Source: a virus (lineage: Duplodnaviria > Caudoviricetes). Taken from it: DNA of 50,038 nt. Of the stretch, positions 39,039-47,003 are shown one piece after another (the stretch's first letter is position 1; each line of letters opens with the position of its first letter). The stretch is taken from positions 1 to 50,038 of IMG/VR virus record IMGVR_UViG_3300029309_000068, one strand, 5' to 3'. Made by a program: the position numbers and the translations under genes. A model generated the notes under the pieces. It worked only from the letters and a program-made list of their open reading frames with translations. It was not told the origin of the DNA and searched no databases.

Positions 39039-39241
39039 TATTTGTCTCCTATATTTCTTGGTGCATATACTTCACCGTTGTATTGGCTACCTGTTTCAGT
39101 ATCTGTTCCGAAGTTGAAGTACGCTAGTACCACTAGCATTGCCATTATCCAGTAGAAGGTAACCTTCACCCACTTGATAAATGCCTCGTACGTTTGCTTT
39201 GCTTCTAGCTCTGCTGCGTATCTTGGTTCTACACCTTTCAT
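39038..39241 (-). CDS. Single-TM peptide resembling aa3 cytochrome c oxidase subunit IV
   Basis: TYEAFIK...AMLVVLAYFN; see findings. Confidence 0.5.
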   Translation of the reverse strand: MKGVEPRYAAELEAKQTYEAFIKWVKVTFYWIMAMLVVLAYFNFGTDTETGSQYNGEVYAPRNIGDK

Positions 39242-40029
39242 TAAACTATCTCCTCTAGTTTCTTAATGTCTGCATCTACTTTGTATTTAATATCATCATA
39301 GAGTCTTAACGCTATAGTTTCTAACCCTGTGTAAGCCTCTATCTCTCTCTTGTACTCTAGTGTTTTATATGCAGCGTCAGGGTCTAATGCTACAATAACC
39401 TTATAAAAATTATCTAAGTGTTGCATATTAGATACACTGAATGATGTACCCAATATAGCCAAACCTGTTAGCCCAGGAAATAGTTTAGCTGCTACGGTAG
39501 CACTAATAACATCCTCAACTACTATCACCACACCACTGGGTTTACCTACAACACGAGTGAATACAGTGGGTGTTTTGTCATAACGCCTCCATTTAACTTG
39601 CCCTGCATAAGATGTACACCTACCTATCGCTCCTACAAGTCTGCCTTTGTCATAGATAGGGAAGACTACTCGTGAGTCCATCACATCATACATCAAGTCT
39701 TCACCATACAAGCCCCACCTACCAATGAATCTCTCAAACTGCTTATGCTCTACAGTAGGCTTGACTATATACTCAGGCCAAGTAAATAACTCATGCTCCG
39801 ACTCAGGCTCTTCATACTGATTAAGCCTACGTTGTATCTCTTGGGCTGTCATACCTGATGACACAACACCTTTAACTCTACAGTCAAGCTTGTAACAATT
39901 GTAAAGCAGAGCACTACCATCTCGTGTAGCAGTGAACGTGTTCTTACCTCTACACACAGGGCAGTCACCTCTATGTCTGTAATCCTCTTTTAGATCAAGG
40001 GCTTCTAGGTAGTTCTTAATGTTGTTCAT
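39241..40029 (-). CDS. DNA primase (zinc-binding plus TOPRIM domains)
   Basis: CPVC...CYKLDC, RVVFPI, VVED, LGT, LDPDA and DIK. Confidence 0.9.
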   Translation of the reverse strand: MNNIKNYLEALDLKEDYRHRGDCPVCRGKNTFTATRDGSALLYNCYKLDCRVKGVVSSGMTAQEIQRRLNQYEEPESEHELFTWPEYIVKPTVEHKQFERFIGRWGLYGEDLMYDVMDSRVVFPIYDKGRLVGAIGRCTSYAGQVKWRRYDKTPTVFTRVVGKPSGVVIVVEDVISATVAAKLFPGLTGLAILGTSFSVSNMQHLDNFYKVIVALDPDAAYKTLEYKREIEAYTGLETIALRLYDDIKYKVDADIKKLEEIV

Positions 40030-40960
40030 CTCTGCTCCTCCGCTTATTCAATGCATTACTTGCGCCACTAAATGTGTTGACAAGGTAAGGCTTGACTGAC
40101 TCAGGATTCACATGCCCTGTTACTTGCATCAACTCAAGAGTCTCAACACCTGCCTCCACCATCTCAGTGATTGCAGTCCTGCGTAGATCCATAGCTGTCA
40201 GTTTCTTTGGTAGTCTTGCAGCTTCCTTGACTTCATTGATTGCATCATCGATGTGGTCAATAGCGTATGGAACGTATGCCCCTGCCACTGGTGTAGTCTT
40301 TGGTGCTACATAGTCTTGAAATCCAAAGTCCTGACTCTGTTGTCTGAGCATAGAAAGTAGATCATCAGGTATCGGCAAGTGCACATCAGCACCACGTTTA
40401 CTTTGTGTTAAATCAACACGTTGTGCGCTGAAGTTAATGTTATCCCAAGTCAAGGTACGCATGTCACCAACACGCTGCGCCCACTCGTATGCCATGTGTA
40501 CAATCAATCCAATGCTACGCCACTTGAAGTTACCGTATGCTGTGTCAAGAAAAGATACTACTTGATCACGAGTCCACTTGACCTTGCGTGGCTTAGTGCT
40601 CTTCGTCTTGATCAAACGTACTGGGTCATTGTCCATTACGTCTAACCTCATGCTGTACTTCCATGCCGTAGACAGGACAGCCTTGCGATAGTTAGCTGTG
40701 CGTACACCAGACACAAGCCACTTCTCGTAAGCCAGGTTAGTGTGTCTAGCTTTGATGCTGCGTACTGTGTAGTTACCTAAGAGCCTACCCTCTACGTTAG
40801 TCTTAAGTATTACATCCAAGTGTGTCTCGTAGTCTTTCTGTGACTTAGCACTCAAGTTACGAAAGTTATTGCTGTGTAGATAGAAGTCTACAATAGCTGA
40901 CAACTTCGATGTATGTTTAGGTATGTCTACCACTTTCTCCTCACTTTCCAATATACCCAC
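40016..40960 (-). CDS. int: Tyrosine recombinase / integrase
   Basis: QRVGD (R), QSK (K), MDLRRT, TGH and PY catalytic boxes. Confidence 0.88.
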   Translation of the reverse strand: MGILESEEKVVDIPKHTSKLSAIVDFYLHSNNFRNLSAKSQKDYETHLDVILKTNVEGRLLGNYTVRSIKARHTNLAYEKWLVSGVRTANYRKAVLSTAWKYSMRLDVMDNDPVRLIKTKSTKPRKVKWTRDQVVSFLDTAYGNFKWRSIGLIVHMAYEWAQRVGDMRTLTWDNINFSAQRVDLTQSKRGADVHLPIPDDLLSMLRQQSQDFGFQDYVAPKTTPVAGAYVPYAIDHIDDAINEVKEAARLPKKLTAMDLRRTAITEMVEAGVETLELMQVTGHVNPESVKPYLVNTFSGASNALNKRRSRDEQH

Positions 40961-41187
40961 GATTCCATGCAGTGACCTTCACCAATCAGCATGTCAATCA
41001 AATAAACTATATTAAGTCTTCCCTCCTTTTGCCACTGGTGGTTTCTTGCGCTGAACGTCTGATTGTTTTGTCCTCCTAGTATTACGTTTAACAGGACGCT
41101 CATTGCTATCAGTATTCGTTTTAGGTAAATCCCCAAGCCTGTCGGTAATATCATCATGTGGATCATCTTTCGGGTCAACTTCATCAT
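40927..41187 (-). CDS. Hypothetical protein (start uncertain)
   Basis: SVLLNVILGG..QTFSAR..ID..HC..W pattern looks like a real phage family. Confidence 0.6.
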   Translation of the reverse strand: MMKLTRKMIHMMILPTGLGIYLKRILIAMSVLLNVILGGQNNQTFSARNHQWQKEGRLNIVYLIDMLIGEGHCMESWVYWKVRRKW

Positions 41188-41194
41188 CTGTCAT
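41012..41194 (-). CDS. Overlapping hydrophilic ORF
   Basis: ATGA coupling with the upstream mini-ORF and an AGGTG SD-like site. Confidence 0.4.
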   Translation of the reverse strand: MTDDEVDPKDDPHDDITDRLGDLPKTNTDSNERPVKRNTRRTKQSDVQRKKPPVAKGGKT

Positions 41195-41265
41195 ATAACA
41201 CCTATAAATATTAAGAAGATATAAATGAATGGTGATAAGAGATAAAACCCTATCAAGCCTCTCAT
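41191..41265 (-). CDS. 24-aa hydrophobic peptide
   Basis: MRGLIGFYLLSPFIYIFLIFIGVI fills the gap. Confidence 0.5.
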   Translation of the reverse strand: MRGLIGFYLLSPFIYIFLIFIGVI

Positions 41266-41269
41266 TATA

Positions 41270-41476
41270 CTAAAACAAAGGTTCATTATTCTCGTCCAAT
41301 ACATCCCTCCTAAAATAATTTGTTTCACTTCTCCAAGGCACATCGATGTTATTAATACCATCATCCTCATGTGTCACAGGTAACAAACCCATAGCCTCCA
41401 TGTGTTGCAGTAAACTAACTGGCAACTGAGGTATCTCCATATTTGGTAGACTGTCTATAAATTTCTTTGTCTTCAT
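41270..41476 (-). CDS. Hypothetical protein
   Basis: Likely start MKTKKF after GGAGA. Confidence 0.6.
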   Translation of the reverse strand: MKTKKFIDSLPNMEIPQLPVSLLQHMEAMGLLPVTHEDDGINNIDVPWRSETNYFRRDVLDENNEPLF

Positions 41477-41624
41477 CTGTCTCTCCAAAACACTCCTTGA
41501 TATAAACAAATTCATTCTTAGCATACAGATCTTTTAAATACAATATATCTCTACGACTGTCACTTGAATGATAAGCAAACATCTTCTTTGTTGTCTTACT
41601 ATATATGTCTAGTGCATAATACAC
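41415..41624 (-). CDS. Hypothetical protein
   Basis: 69-aa ORF in the early operon. Confidence 0.55.
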   Translation of the reverse strand: MYYALDIYSKTTKKMFAYHSSDSRRDILYLKDLYAKNEFVYIKECFGETDEDKEIYRQSTKYGDTSVAS

Positions 41625-41761
41625 TATTTCTTCCCTCTCTTAGCAAAGTTTTCTACTATTCTTTTGTTCCTGCATATGACAATGACATACCCATCCTTGT
41701 CATACGCTACCCATTTCTTCTTACGTTTCATAATGACTACTCTACTTGTAGCTCTAGACAT
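41624..41761 (-). CDS. Small basic protein not in the ORF track (45 aa)
   Basis: MSRATSRVVIMKRKKKWVAYDKDGYVIVIC... Confidence 0.55.
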   Translation of the reverse strand: MSRATSRVVIMKRKKKWVAYDKDGYVIVICRNKRIVENFAKRGKK

Positions 41762-41910
41762 GCCACTGTCTCACTTTTGTTTGATACTAGGATGGCAGCT
41801 TCACTCATTGCCGCAAGGCATTCTTCCTCACTGGCATATGTCTCAACGTGATAATACTTCACTGTTTGAGATGTCACTAGTAGCTGCATCCATATTAATG
41901 CCCAAACCAT
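41737..41910 (-). CDS. Small two-cysteine protein (family copy C), not in the ORF track (57 aa)
   Basis: MVWALIW...ETYASEEEC...VAC; TAATG coupling and GAGGA SD. Confidence 0.7.
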   Translation of the reverse strand: MVWALIWMQLLVTSQTVKYYHVETYASEEECLAAMSEAAILVSNKSETVACLELQVE

Positions 41911-42134
41911 TATGCTGCATCCTCAGCAGAACGCCATACATATCGTGTGTAGCGTTGGCCTGTCACTGGGTGTCTACTCTTTATACCATCAATAGCATAC
42001 CCCATTCTGCGTAGCTCTGCGATACGTGCAGTGAATGACTGTATGCTGTAGTCAAGCAATGCCTCACGTTGTGTCAAACCTTTGGTTGCTTTAAGGTGTT
42101 TAAGTATCTTTGTGTATTGTGTAGTTCTAGCCAT
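41910..42134 (-). CDS. Winged helix-turn-helix protein
   Basis: Q..KIL.HL...LT..EA......ARIAELRR.GY.I pattern. Confidence 0.75.
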   Translation of the reverse strand: MARTTQYTKILKHLKATKGLTQREALLDYSIQSFTARIAELRRMGYAIDGIKSRHPVTGQRYTRYVWRSAEDAA

Positions 42135-42135
42135 C

Positions 42136-42351
42136 TTATTTCTCCTCTGTAATAGATGTTATTATATCTCGTAAAGTCTTAGTAGACTCTGGTGGTATGC
42201 TCAGTGTGTCACCTGTAGCATCTTGTGTAAGTACGAGTCGGTCATTGTCATACAATGTAGCTTCCCATCCGTACCCTAAGTTTAATTGTTTGACTACTCT
42301 GTTGTAGCCATCGTCTGATATGATTGCACCTTGTGCTGTCTTGTAATTCAT
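42136..42351 (-). CDS. Hypothetical early protein
   Basis: Coupled ORF with SD AAGGAG. Confidence 0.65.
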   Translation of the reverse strand: MNYKTAQGAIISDDGYNRVVKQLNLGYGWEATLYDNDRLVLTQDATGDTLSIPPESTKTLRDIITSITEEK

Positions 42352-42683
42352 TGCTGTGTCTCCTTCTGTTTATCTGCAATGTCATGTACTCTATCCATGA
42401 ATACAGCTAATGCCACATTAAAATCTGTAAGGCTACAGTTTTCCGCAACATCTCTAATATTATCCCAGAAATCATACTTGTGTGGTTTTCTTGCCACAGT
42501 TCTAGGGTCTGGCTTGCTGTCTATAACTTCTTTAGCTGCATCATCTATTGCACCAGTGAATGTGTTAAGCCACTTGAGTAGGTTGGGCTTGTCCGTTGGT
42601 ACTTCTACCATGTCAGCTTTAATCTTCTTAGCTTCAGCCTGGGTTCCTACCCATTCACCTTGCTTATTCATGTATAGTCTCAT
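42348..42683 (-). CDS. Hypothetical early protein
   Basis: WVGTQAEA..EVPTDKPNLLKWLN; ATGA overlaps. Confidence 0.7.
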   Translation of the reverse strand: MRLYMNKQGEWVGTQAEAKKIKADMVEVPTDKPNLLKWLNTFTGAIDDAAKEVIDSKPDPRTVARKPHKYDFWDNIRDVAENCSLTDFNVALAVFMDRVHDIADKQKETQQ

Positions 42684-42892
42684 TTGTCTAGCATCCTCTG
42701 TAAATCTTCATCAGTTGTTTCTTTGACGTATACCCAATCGTATATGTGTTCATTTGTGCCTAGTCGTGGCTGAAAATATCCGACATCACCTATCTCACCC
42801 ATGACAACCTTCGCTGCGTTGGATGCATCAATGCAACTGTAGCCTAGAAACTGTACAGCTTTACCGTTCTTATGATATGTCCTAACTTCCAT
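42680..42892 (-). CDS. Hypothetical early protein
   Basis: 70-aa ORF in a tightly packed operon. Confidence 0.6.
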   Translation of the reverse strand: MEVRTYHKNGKAVQFLGYSCIDASNAAKVVMGEIGDVGYFQPRLGTNEHIYDWVYVKETTDEDLQRMLDK

Positions 42893-43076
42893 TATTTGTA
42901 CTTACCCTCACATCTAATCGCCAATTAAAACCTACCAAAGTTTTAGATGTTGCTAAACCTATATCTATTATGTGTTCTTGTATTACATCAGCAATTGTGT
43001 CTATTGTGTGACAGTCTAAGTCTTCTGCTGATATAACAATGTCTTTAAACTGTTGTTTTTTATAAGGCGTGTTCAT
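42882..43076 (-). CDS. Hypothetical early protein
   Basis: 64-aa ORF with GAGGAG SD. Confidence 0.6.
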   Translation of the reverse strand: MNTPYKKQQFKDIVISAEDLDCHTIDTIADVIQEHIIDIGLATSKTLVGFNWRLDVRVSTNNGS

Positions 43077-43252
43077 TCTAGTATCTCCTCTAGTTGATTG
43101 ATAATAGTATTGCCTTTACAGATTTTATCTACTGCTAGGTATCTCTCTTCCTCAGTGTTGAACGGAGACACAGCATCTACTTCCAGTTGTTTGAAGCTAC
43201 GTGCCACGTTAACTATCTTCTGTCTGTTAAAGAATAAATCTTGTAGTTGCAT
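43073..43252 (-). CDS. Hypothetical early protein
   Basis: Likely start MQLQDL after the AGGAGG SD at 43261-43267. Confidence 0.6.
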   Translation of the reverse strand: MQLQDLFFNRQKIVNVARSFKQLEVDAVSPFNTEEERYLAVDKICKGNTIINQLEEILE

Positions 43253-43253
43253 A

Positions 43254-43529
43254 TTATTCATCCTCCTTTTTGTGAAACCATGCCCTATCATCGTCAGGTA
43301 AAACGTATGGCCTCCAATGATTAGGATCACCCTCACTATCTGTTGGTGGCCTGAAGTCAAACATGTTCTTCAATGTGACAGACATCTCCTCTAACTTACG
43401 GATTTTACTAATATCAGTGTCAAACATTTCTCTAAAGTCTGTGCATATTGCATCCATACTTCGATATACTTCTAGTATTTCTTCTAGCTCATTGCGAGTT
43501 AGTGTTAGTTTTACTTCTTTGTTTGCCAT
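43254..43529 (-). CDS. Hypothetical early protein
   Basis: 91 aa with SD GAGGAGG. Confidence 0.7.
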   Translation of the reverse strand: MANKEVKLTLTRNELEEILEVYRSMDAICTDFREMFDTDISKIRKLEEMSVTLKNMFDFRPPTDSEGDPNHWRPYVLPDDDRAWFHKKEDE

Positions 43530-43530
43530 A

Positions 43531-43632
43531 TCAATAGTCCTCCTCTAATCCTGACCATATGTATGCTAGGTATCGCCAAAAGGTTTTACCAAATGCTTCA
43601 TTCATTATGTCTTCTAGTTCTTGTTCAGTCAT
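43531..43632 (-). CDS. 33-aa peptide not in the ORF track
   Basis: MTEQELEDIMNEAFGKTFWRYLAYIWSGLEEDY; AGGAGG SD and TAATG coupling. Confidence 0.6.
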   Translation of the reverse strand: MTEQELEDIMNEAFGKTFWRYLAYIWSGLEEDY

Positions 43633-44570
43633 TATGCTTCCTCCTTTAATCCTTCAAAGATATGCTTGATAACATCTACTGTCCATCCGTTGCCTAGCAT
43701 CTTGTAGCGTTGTGTGTTACTTACGCCACAGGTATACCCATCAGGTACAGTTTGTAATCTCTCACATTCTGTCACAGTAAGCTTACGCCAATGCATATTA
43801 TCTATGCTATCCCATTCGTGTCTGTCATAAGACAAACGCCCTCCTGTCCTGACACATTTAGATTTATCTCGTATCTCAGGCACATAACCAATGGCGTAGC
43901 CATGCGTACCCGAACAAACACAGCCTGATTTACCATCAACATCGTGAATAGTATTAGCTTGACTACGATAGTCAGGGTTGAGCATATCAGGGTTCTTGTC
44001 GCTGGCTCTTCGCTTCTCCTGCAAGTAAGCACCTGCACGATAGAACTCTGCTGTCTCTTCTTCTAGTATATCTTTGAGCATGATACCTTTGTCCTCTGGC
44101 ACTCCATCAAAGGGAATGTTTGTCCAGTAAAGCCTCTTGCGGTTCTGCGCTGAGACAAGGTTGCTGTTTATCTCCACAGGTTCTACACCTAGATAGTCAG
44201 TAATGACTTGCTCACTCTCCCTCTTCATCTTGACATTCTCAAGTAGGAAATACTTTGGCTTGAGTTCTTTTAACAGTCTGTCAAACTCAAAGAATAATTT
44301 ACTGCGTGGATCATCAAAGTTTAAACCCTTACCGCCAAACGAAAATCCCTGACAAGGTGAACCGCCAATTAGCAAATCAATCTTGGGTAGAAGTTTGGAT
44401 GTCACCCATTTAACATCACCAACGTGCACCATGTCAGGGTAATTTTTCCTGGCAATCTGGATTGCATACTTGTCAATCTCAGCTGCATAATATTTGTTAA
44501 CTGGTATGCCTAGCTGATCTAATGCAATCTGCCCACAAGACATACCATCAAATAGACTTAATACGTTCAT
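43632..44570 (-). CDS. DNA (cytosine-5) methyltransferase
   Basis: LSLFDG (I), GGSPCQ (IV), ENV (VI), QNRKR (VIII), ERLQ (IX) and LGNGW (X). Confidence 0.93.
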   Translation of the reverse strand: MNVLSLFDGMSCGQIALDQLGIPVNKYYAAEIDKYAIQIARKNYPDMVHVGDVKWVTSKLLPKIDLLIGGSPCQGFSFGGKGLNFDDPRSKLFFEFDRLLKELKPKYFLLENVKMKRESEQVITDYLGVEPVEINSNLVSAQNRKRLYWTNIPFDGVPEDKGIMLKDILEEETAEFYRAGAYLQEKRRASDKNPDMLNPDYRSQANTIHDVDGKSGCVCSGTHGYAIGYVPEIRDKSKCVRTGGRLSYDRHEWDSIDNMHWRKLTVTECERLQTVPDGYTCGVSNTQRYKMLGNGWTVDVIKHIFEGLKEEA

Positions 44571-44782
44571 GTTTGTCTCCTCTCGTCTGCTCTATCTGTG
44601 TACGTGCAATACCCCTCGTCAATTAGTCGTTTAGCTGTACGTCCAAACCACCCTTGCAATTGCCACACAACACCTGTGTCTATCAAGTATTGCCACGCTG
44701 CCGTTTCTTCATCGATGTCGGACATCACTGTCTGTTCACAAATCTCAACAGCGTTTGCTAATGTGAAGTTATACTCTTTCAT
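44567..44782 (-). CDS. Conserved small phage protein
   Basis: WQYLIDTG..WQLQGWFGRTA..LIDEG pattern. Confidence 0.7.
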   Translation of the reverse strand: MKEYNFTLANAVEICEQTVMSDIDEETAAWQYLIDTGVVWQLQGWFGRTAKRLIDEGYCTYTDRADERRQT

Positions 44783-45143
44783 GCTTGAACCCTTCCTCTG
44801 CCTGTGCGTCAGTAAGCTTGTACTCTATGCCTGTCTTTAGGTCTTGCACAATCCAAGGCATCTTACGTGCTTTACTCTTGTAGCCTACCAAACTGAAAGA
44901 CATACCTTGATAGTCGTGTATCTTAGACGTATCCAAACCCATTAGTTTAGCCATCTGTGTCAAGTCTTTCTGTTCTTTCGTTTCTGCTCCATCAAGCAAT
45001 ACATTTACTTTGTATGTAGCCTCTCCACCATTGTAGGTACAGTTAGCTACATTGAATGTCATACCCTCATAATCCAATCGCTCTAATGCTGATTGCATTG
45101 CTGCTCGTATTGTTTTTAGTTGTGGTTTTGTAAAGTTAGTCAT
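44769..45143 (-). CDS. Hypothetical early protein
   Basis: 124 aa with AAGGAGG SD. Confidence 0.7.
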   Translation of the reverse strand: MTNFTKPQLKTIRAAMQSALERLDYEGMTFNVANCTYNGGEATYKVNVLLDGAETKEQKDLTQMAKLMGLDTSKIHDYQGMSFSLVGYKSKARKMPWIVQDLKTGIEYKLTDAQAEEGFKHERV

Positions 45144-45156
45144 TTGTAATTCCTCC

Positions 45157-45873
45157 TTATATGTCTACTACAAATCCTGTTGTATCTTTCTTGGCTTTAC
45201 CCTTTGCGTACAATGCCACAATGGAATTGCTAGGGTCAAGAAAGCGTAAGTCATCTTTGTCTCCGTCTGTCACATTTATGCCACGCCACTGTGGTAGCTT
45301 GTATTCCTTACGGAACACCACAGCCGCATTCATACCGTTGTCGAGTGCATCTTGTAGCTTGTCAGCATACTGGACATTCGCACCTGAGTAAGACCACGTT
45401 AAGTGATAGTTGAATATGTCCTTAGTCTTTCTGTTAGAAATCTTGGTGTAGTCGTAGAATTGCACAGATGGGAATAACTCAAAGATATTTTTACCATCTA
45501 GCTTGACTGTCTCCCACCTAATGTCTGTCGTACCGTTCAACCTAACACATGGCTGAATGCCACGTTTGTCACAGTAAGCTTGAAACTTGGTAATGTCCGT
45601 GTGTAGTTGACGCATAAAGCTTTCCCTATCACGATAGTACCATTCAGTCTTACGCATTCGTGCAGCTTGCACATTGTTGAACGCACCACGCCCTGCTGTG
45701 TACAAACAAGCGTCAATACAGTTTGCTTGTTCAGCCATAGGGCAAGAGTTGAAAGCTTTACCCTCAACCATAACTTTCCAAGGTGTCATATATAGGATAG
45801 CTGTTAGGTATTCACTTCCATCACCTTTGATTGTTTTGGCATTAGTGCCAACTCCTAATAGTTTGTATGTCAT
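45157..45873 (-). CDS. GP88-like protein (possible degenerate radical-SAM / Fe-S enzyme)
   Basis: CX7CX3C cluster, VRLNGTTDI, FYDYTK, NYHLTWS and DGDKDDLRFLDP. Confidence 0.65.
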   Translation of the reverse strand: MTYKLLGVGTNAKTIKGDGSEYLTAILYMTPWKVMVEGKAFNSCPMAEQANCIDACLYTAGRGAFNNVQAARMRKTEWYYRDRESFMRQLHTDITKFQAYCDKRGIQPCVRLNGTTDIRWETVKLDGKNIFELFPSVQFYDYTKISNRKTKDIFNYHLTWSYSGANVQYADKLQDALDNGMNAAVVFRKEYKLPQWRGINVTDGDKDDLRFLDPSNSIVALYAKGKAKKDTTGFVVDI

Positions 45874-45874
45874 C

Positions 45875-46135
45875 TTATTTTGTTCTCCATATACGCACAG
45901 ACTTTTTGTCTTTTATTGTGCGGATAGCAAAAAGTTTTTCTGGTTCTCGTTTTTTATGACTTTGTATAGCTGATGTAAGCCTACTAGCTACCTGTTTGTA
46001 ATTAAGCTTTGTAGTTGGATCAACAGTAACAGCAAAGCTATCTCCTACATCCATATCTGTAAAAGGATATTTATGGCTAGATACACCACCCCAAATAGGA
46101 TTAGGCATTTCAATATTTTTTTCTATTTTGTACAT
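45875..46135 (-). CDS. Small putative DNA-binding protein, first early gene
   Basis: IEKNIEMP...KYPF..MDVGDSF...VRIWR; ATG at 46135 after AGGAGG. Confidence 0.7.
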   Translation of the reverse strand: MYKIEKNIEMPNPIWGGVSSHKYPFTDMDVGDSFAVTVDPTTKLNYKQVASRLTSAIQSHKKREPEKLFAIRTIKDKKSVRIWRTK

Positions 46136-46147
46136 TGTGTTTCCTCC

Positions 46148-46660
46148 TGTTAGTACATAAAGGTACACCTAATTGGGAGGTTTTTTAGATGTACCCATAT
46201 GTAACAACAGATTTAGTAAGTCACACCCTGAACCCATACGTCAAGAGCATAAGGATAGGTTGGCCTATCTTAGCTCAGGGTGTAACCGAATAGTCACAAT
46301 CTGTTAGCTCTAACGTGTGCACATCTGTGTACTGTGCATAGTATCCACCCTTTAAGAGCACCCTATAGCCAGGCATAAATATACCAGTCCTGGCCTTGCA
46401 GGTTAGCCCATGCAATTAAGCAAAATCGGCAACATACGTTCATCACGAGTATACTATCAGGCATACTAGCTGTCTTAAGTTATTCTATAATCGTTAGTCT
46501 GTTTGTTGTTCTTTCTAGTTAGTTTGTTTGTAGTCGTTTAGTCTGTTAGTCATTTAGTTATTTGATAGGGCATTTCACCGTATCTGTCTAAGGACTCTGT
46601 TAGTATGAGGATCAAGAGTTTTTAAACTTACTCTCAAGCTAACTTGTCGCTTTCGATGTA
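46148..46660 (-). ncRNA. Long structured early leader / candidate ncRNA
   Basis: Several stems whose mismatches are G-U only on the - strand; no ORF of 60 aa or more. Confidence 0.5.
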
Positions 46661-46663
46661 TCT

Positions 46664-46693
46664 ACATTAACCCGAACATCTTTTGAATTGCAA
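46664..46693 (-). promoter_or_regulatory. Putative early promoter TTGCAA-N18-TAATGT
   Basis: Best sigma70-like match pointing toward the early genes; spacing is suboptimal. Confidence 0.4.
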
Positions 46694-46700
46694 TAGGTTT

Positions 46701-46773
46701 TTTGCAGATTGTGTGCAGATTGTTGTTAAGCTATTGATATTAAACAAAAAGAATTTGCAGATTGTGTGCAGAT
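46701..46773. repeat. Perfect 20-bp direct repeat flanking an IHF-like box
   Basis: TTTGCAGATTGTGTGCAGAT at 46701-46720 and 46754-46773. Confidence 0.9.
46727..46739 (-). promoter_or_regulatory. IHF consensus site
   Basis: TATCAA-TAGC-TTA matches WATCAANNNNTTR. Confidence 0.55.
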
Positions 46774-46789
46774 AGTATGCTTGTCCTTA

Positions 46790-46877
46790 TTTGTGATCAC
46801 AAAAGGTATGTGTGACCATGCATGTCTGTTGTATTTGTGACCACAAACTTGATGGGGGTATGCTTTTTTGTGATCAC
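46790..46877. repeat. Cluster of palindromic TTTGTGAYCACAAA sites
   Basis: 46790-46803 (perfect), 46834-46847, 46867-46877, and a partial copy at 46811-46818. Confidence 0.8.
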
Positions 46878-47003
46878 GGTACAACTATTGAAGCTATATC
46901 AGTAGTAAAACACAGTAAAAACAATAGTTTACATGCTATATTACTAGATAGAATAACAATAAATATTTATGCCTAGTAAGAACCAATAATAAATATGCAA
47001 TAA

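Noticed and set aside
46200-46480. tRNA gene or hammerhead ribozyme
   Set aside because: No TTCGA T-loop with a cloverleaf. CTGATAG on the - strand does not match the CUGANGA...GAAA core. A covariance search was not possible.
46701-46877. CRISPR mini-array
   Set aside because: Only two 20-bp repeats and irregularly spaced 14-bp palindromes; no cas genes.
46790-46877. CRP/FNR binding sites
   Set aside because: The TGTGA and TCACA half-sites are adjacent, not separated by the required 6 bp.
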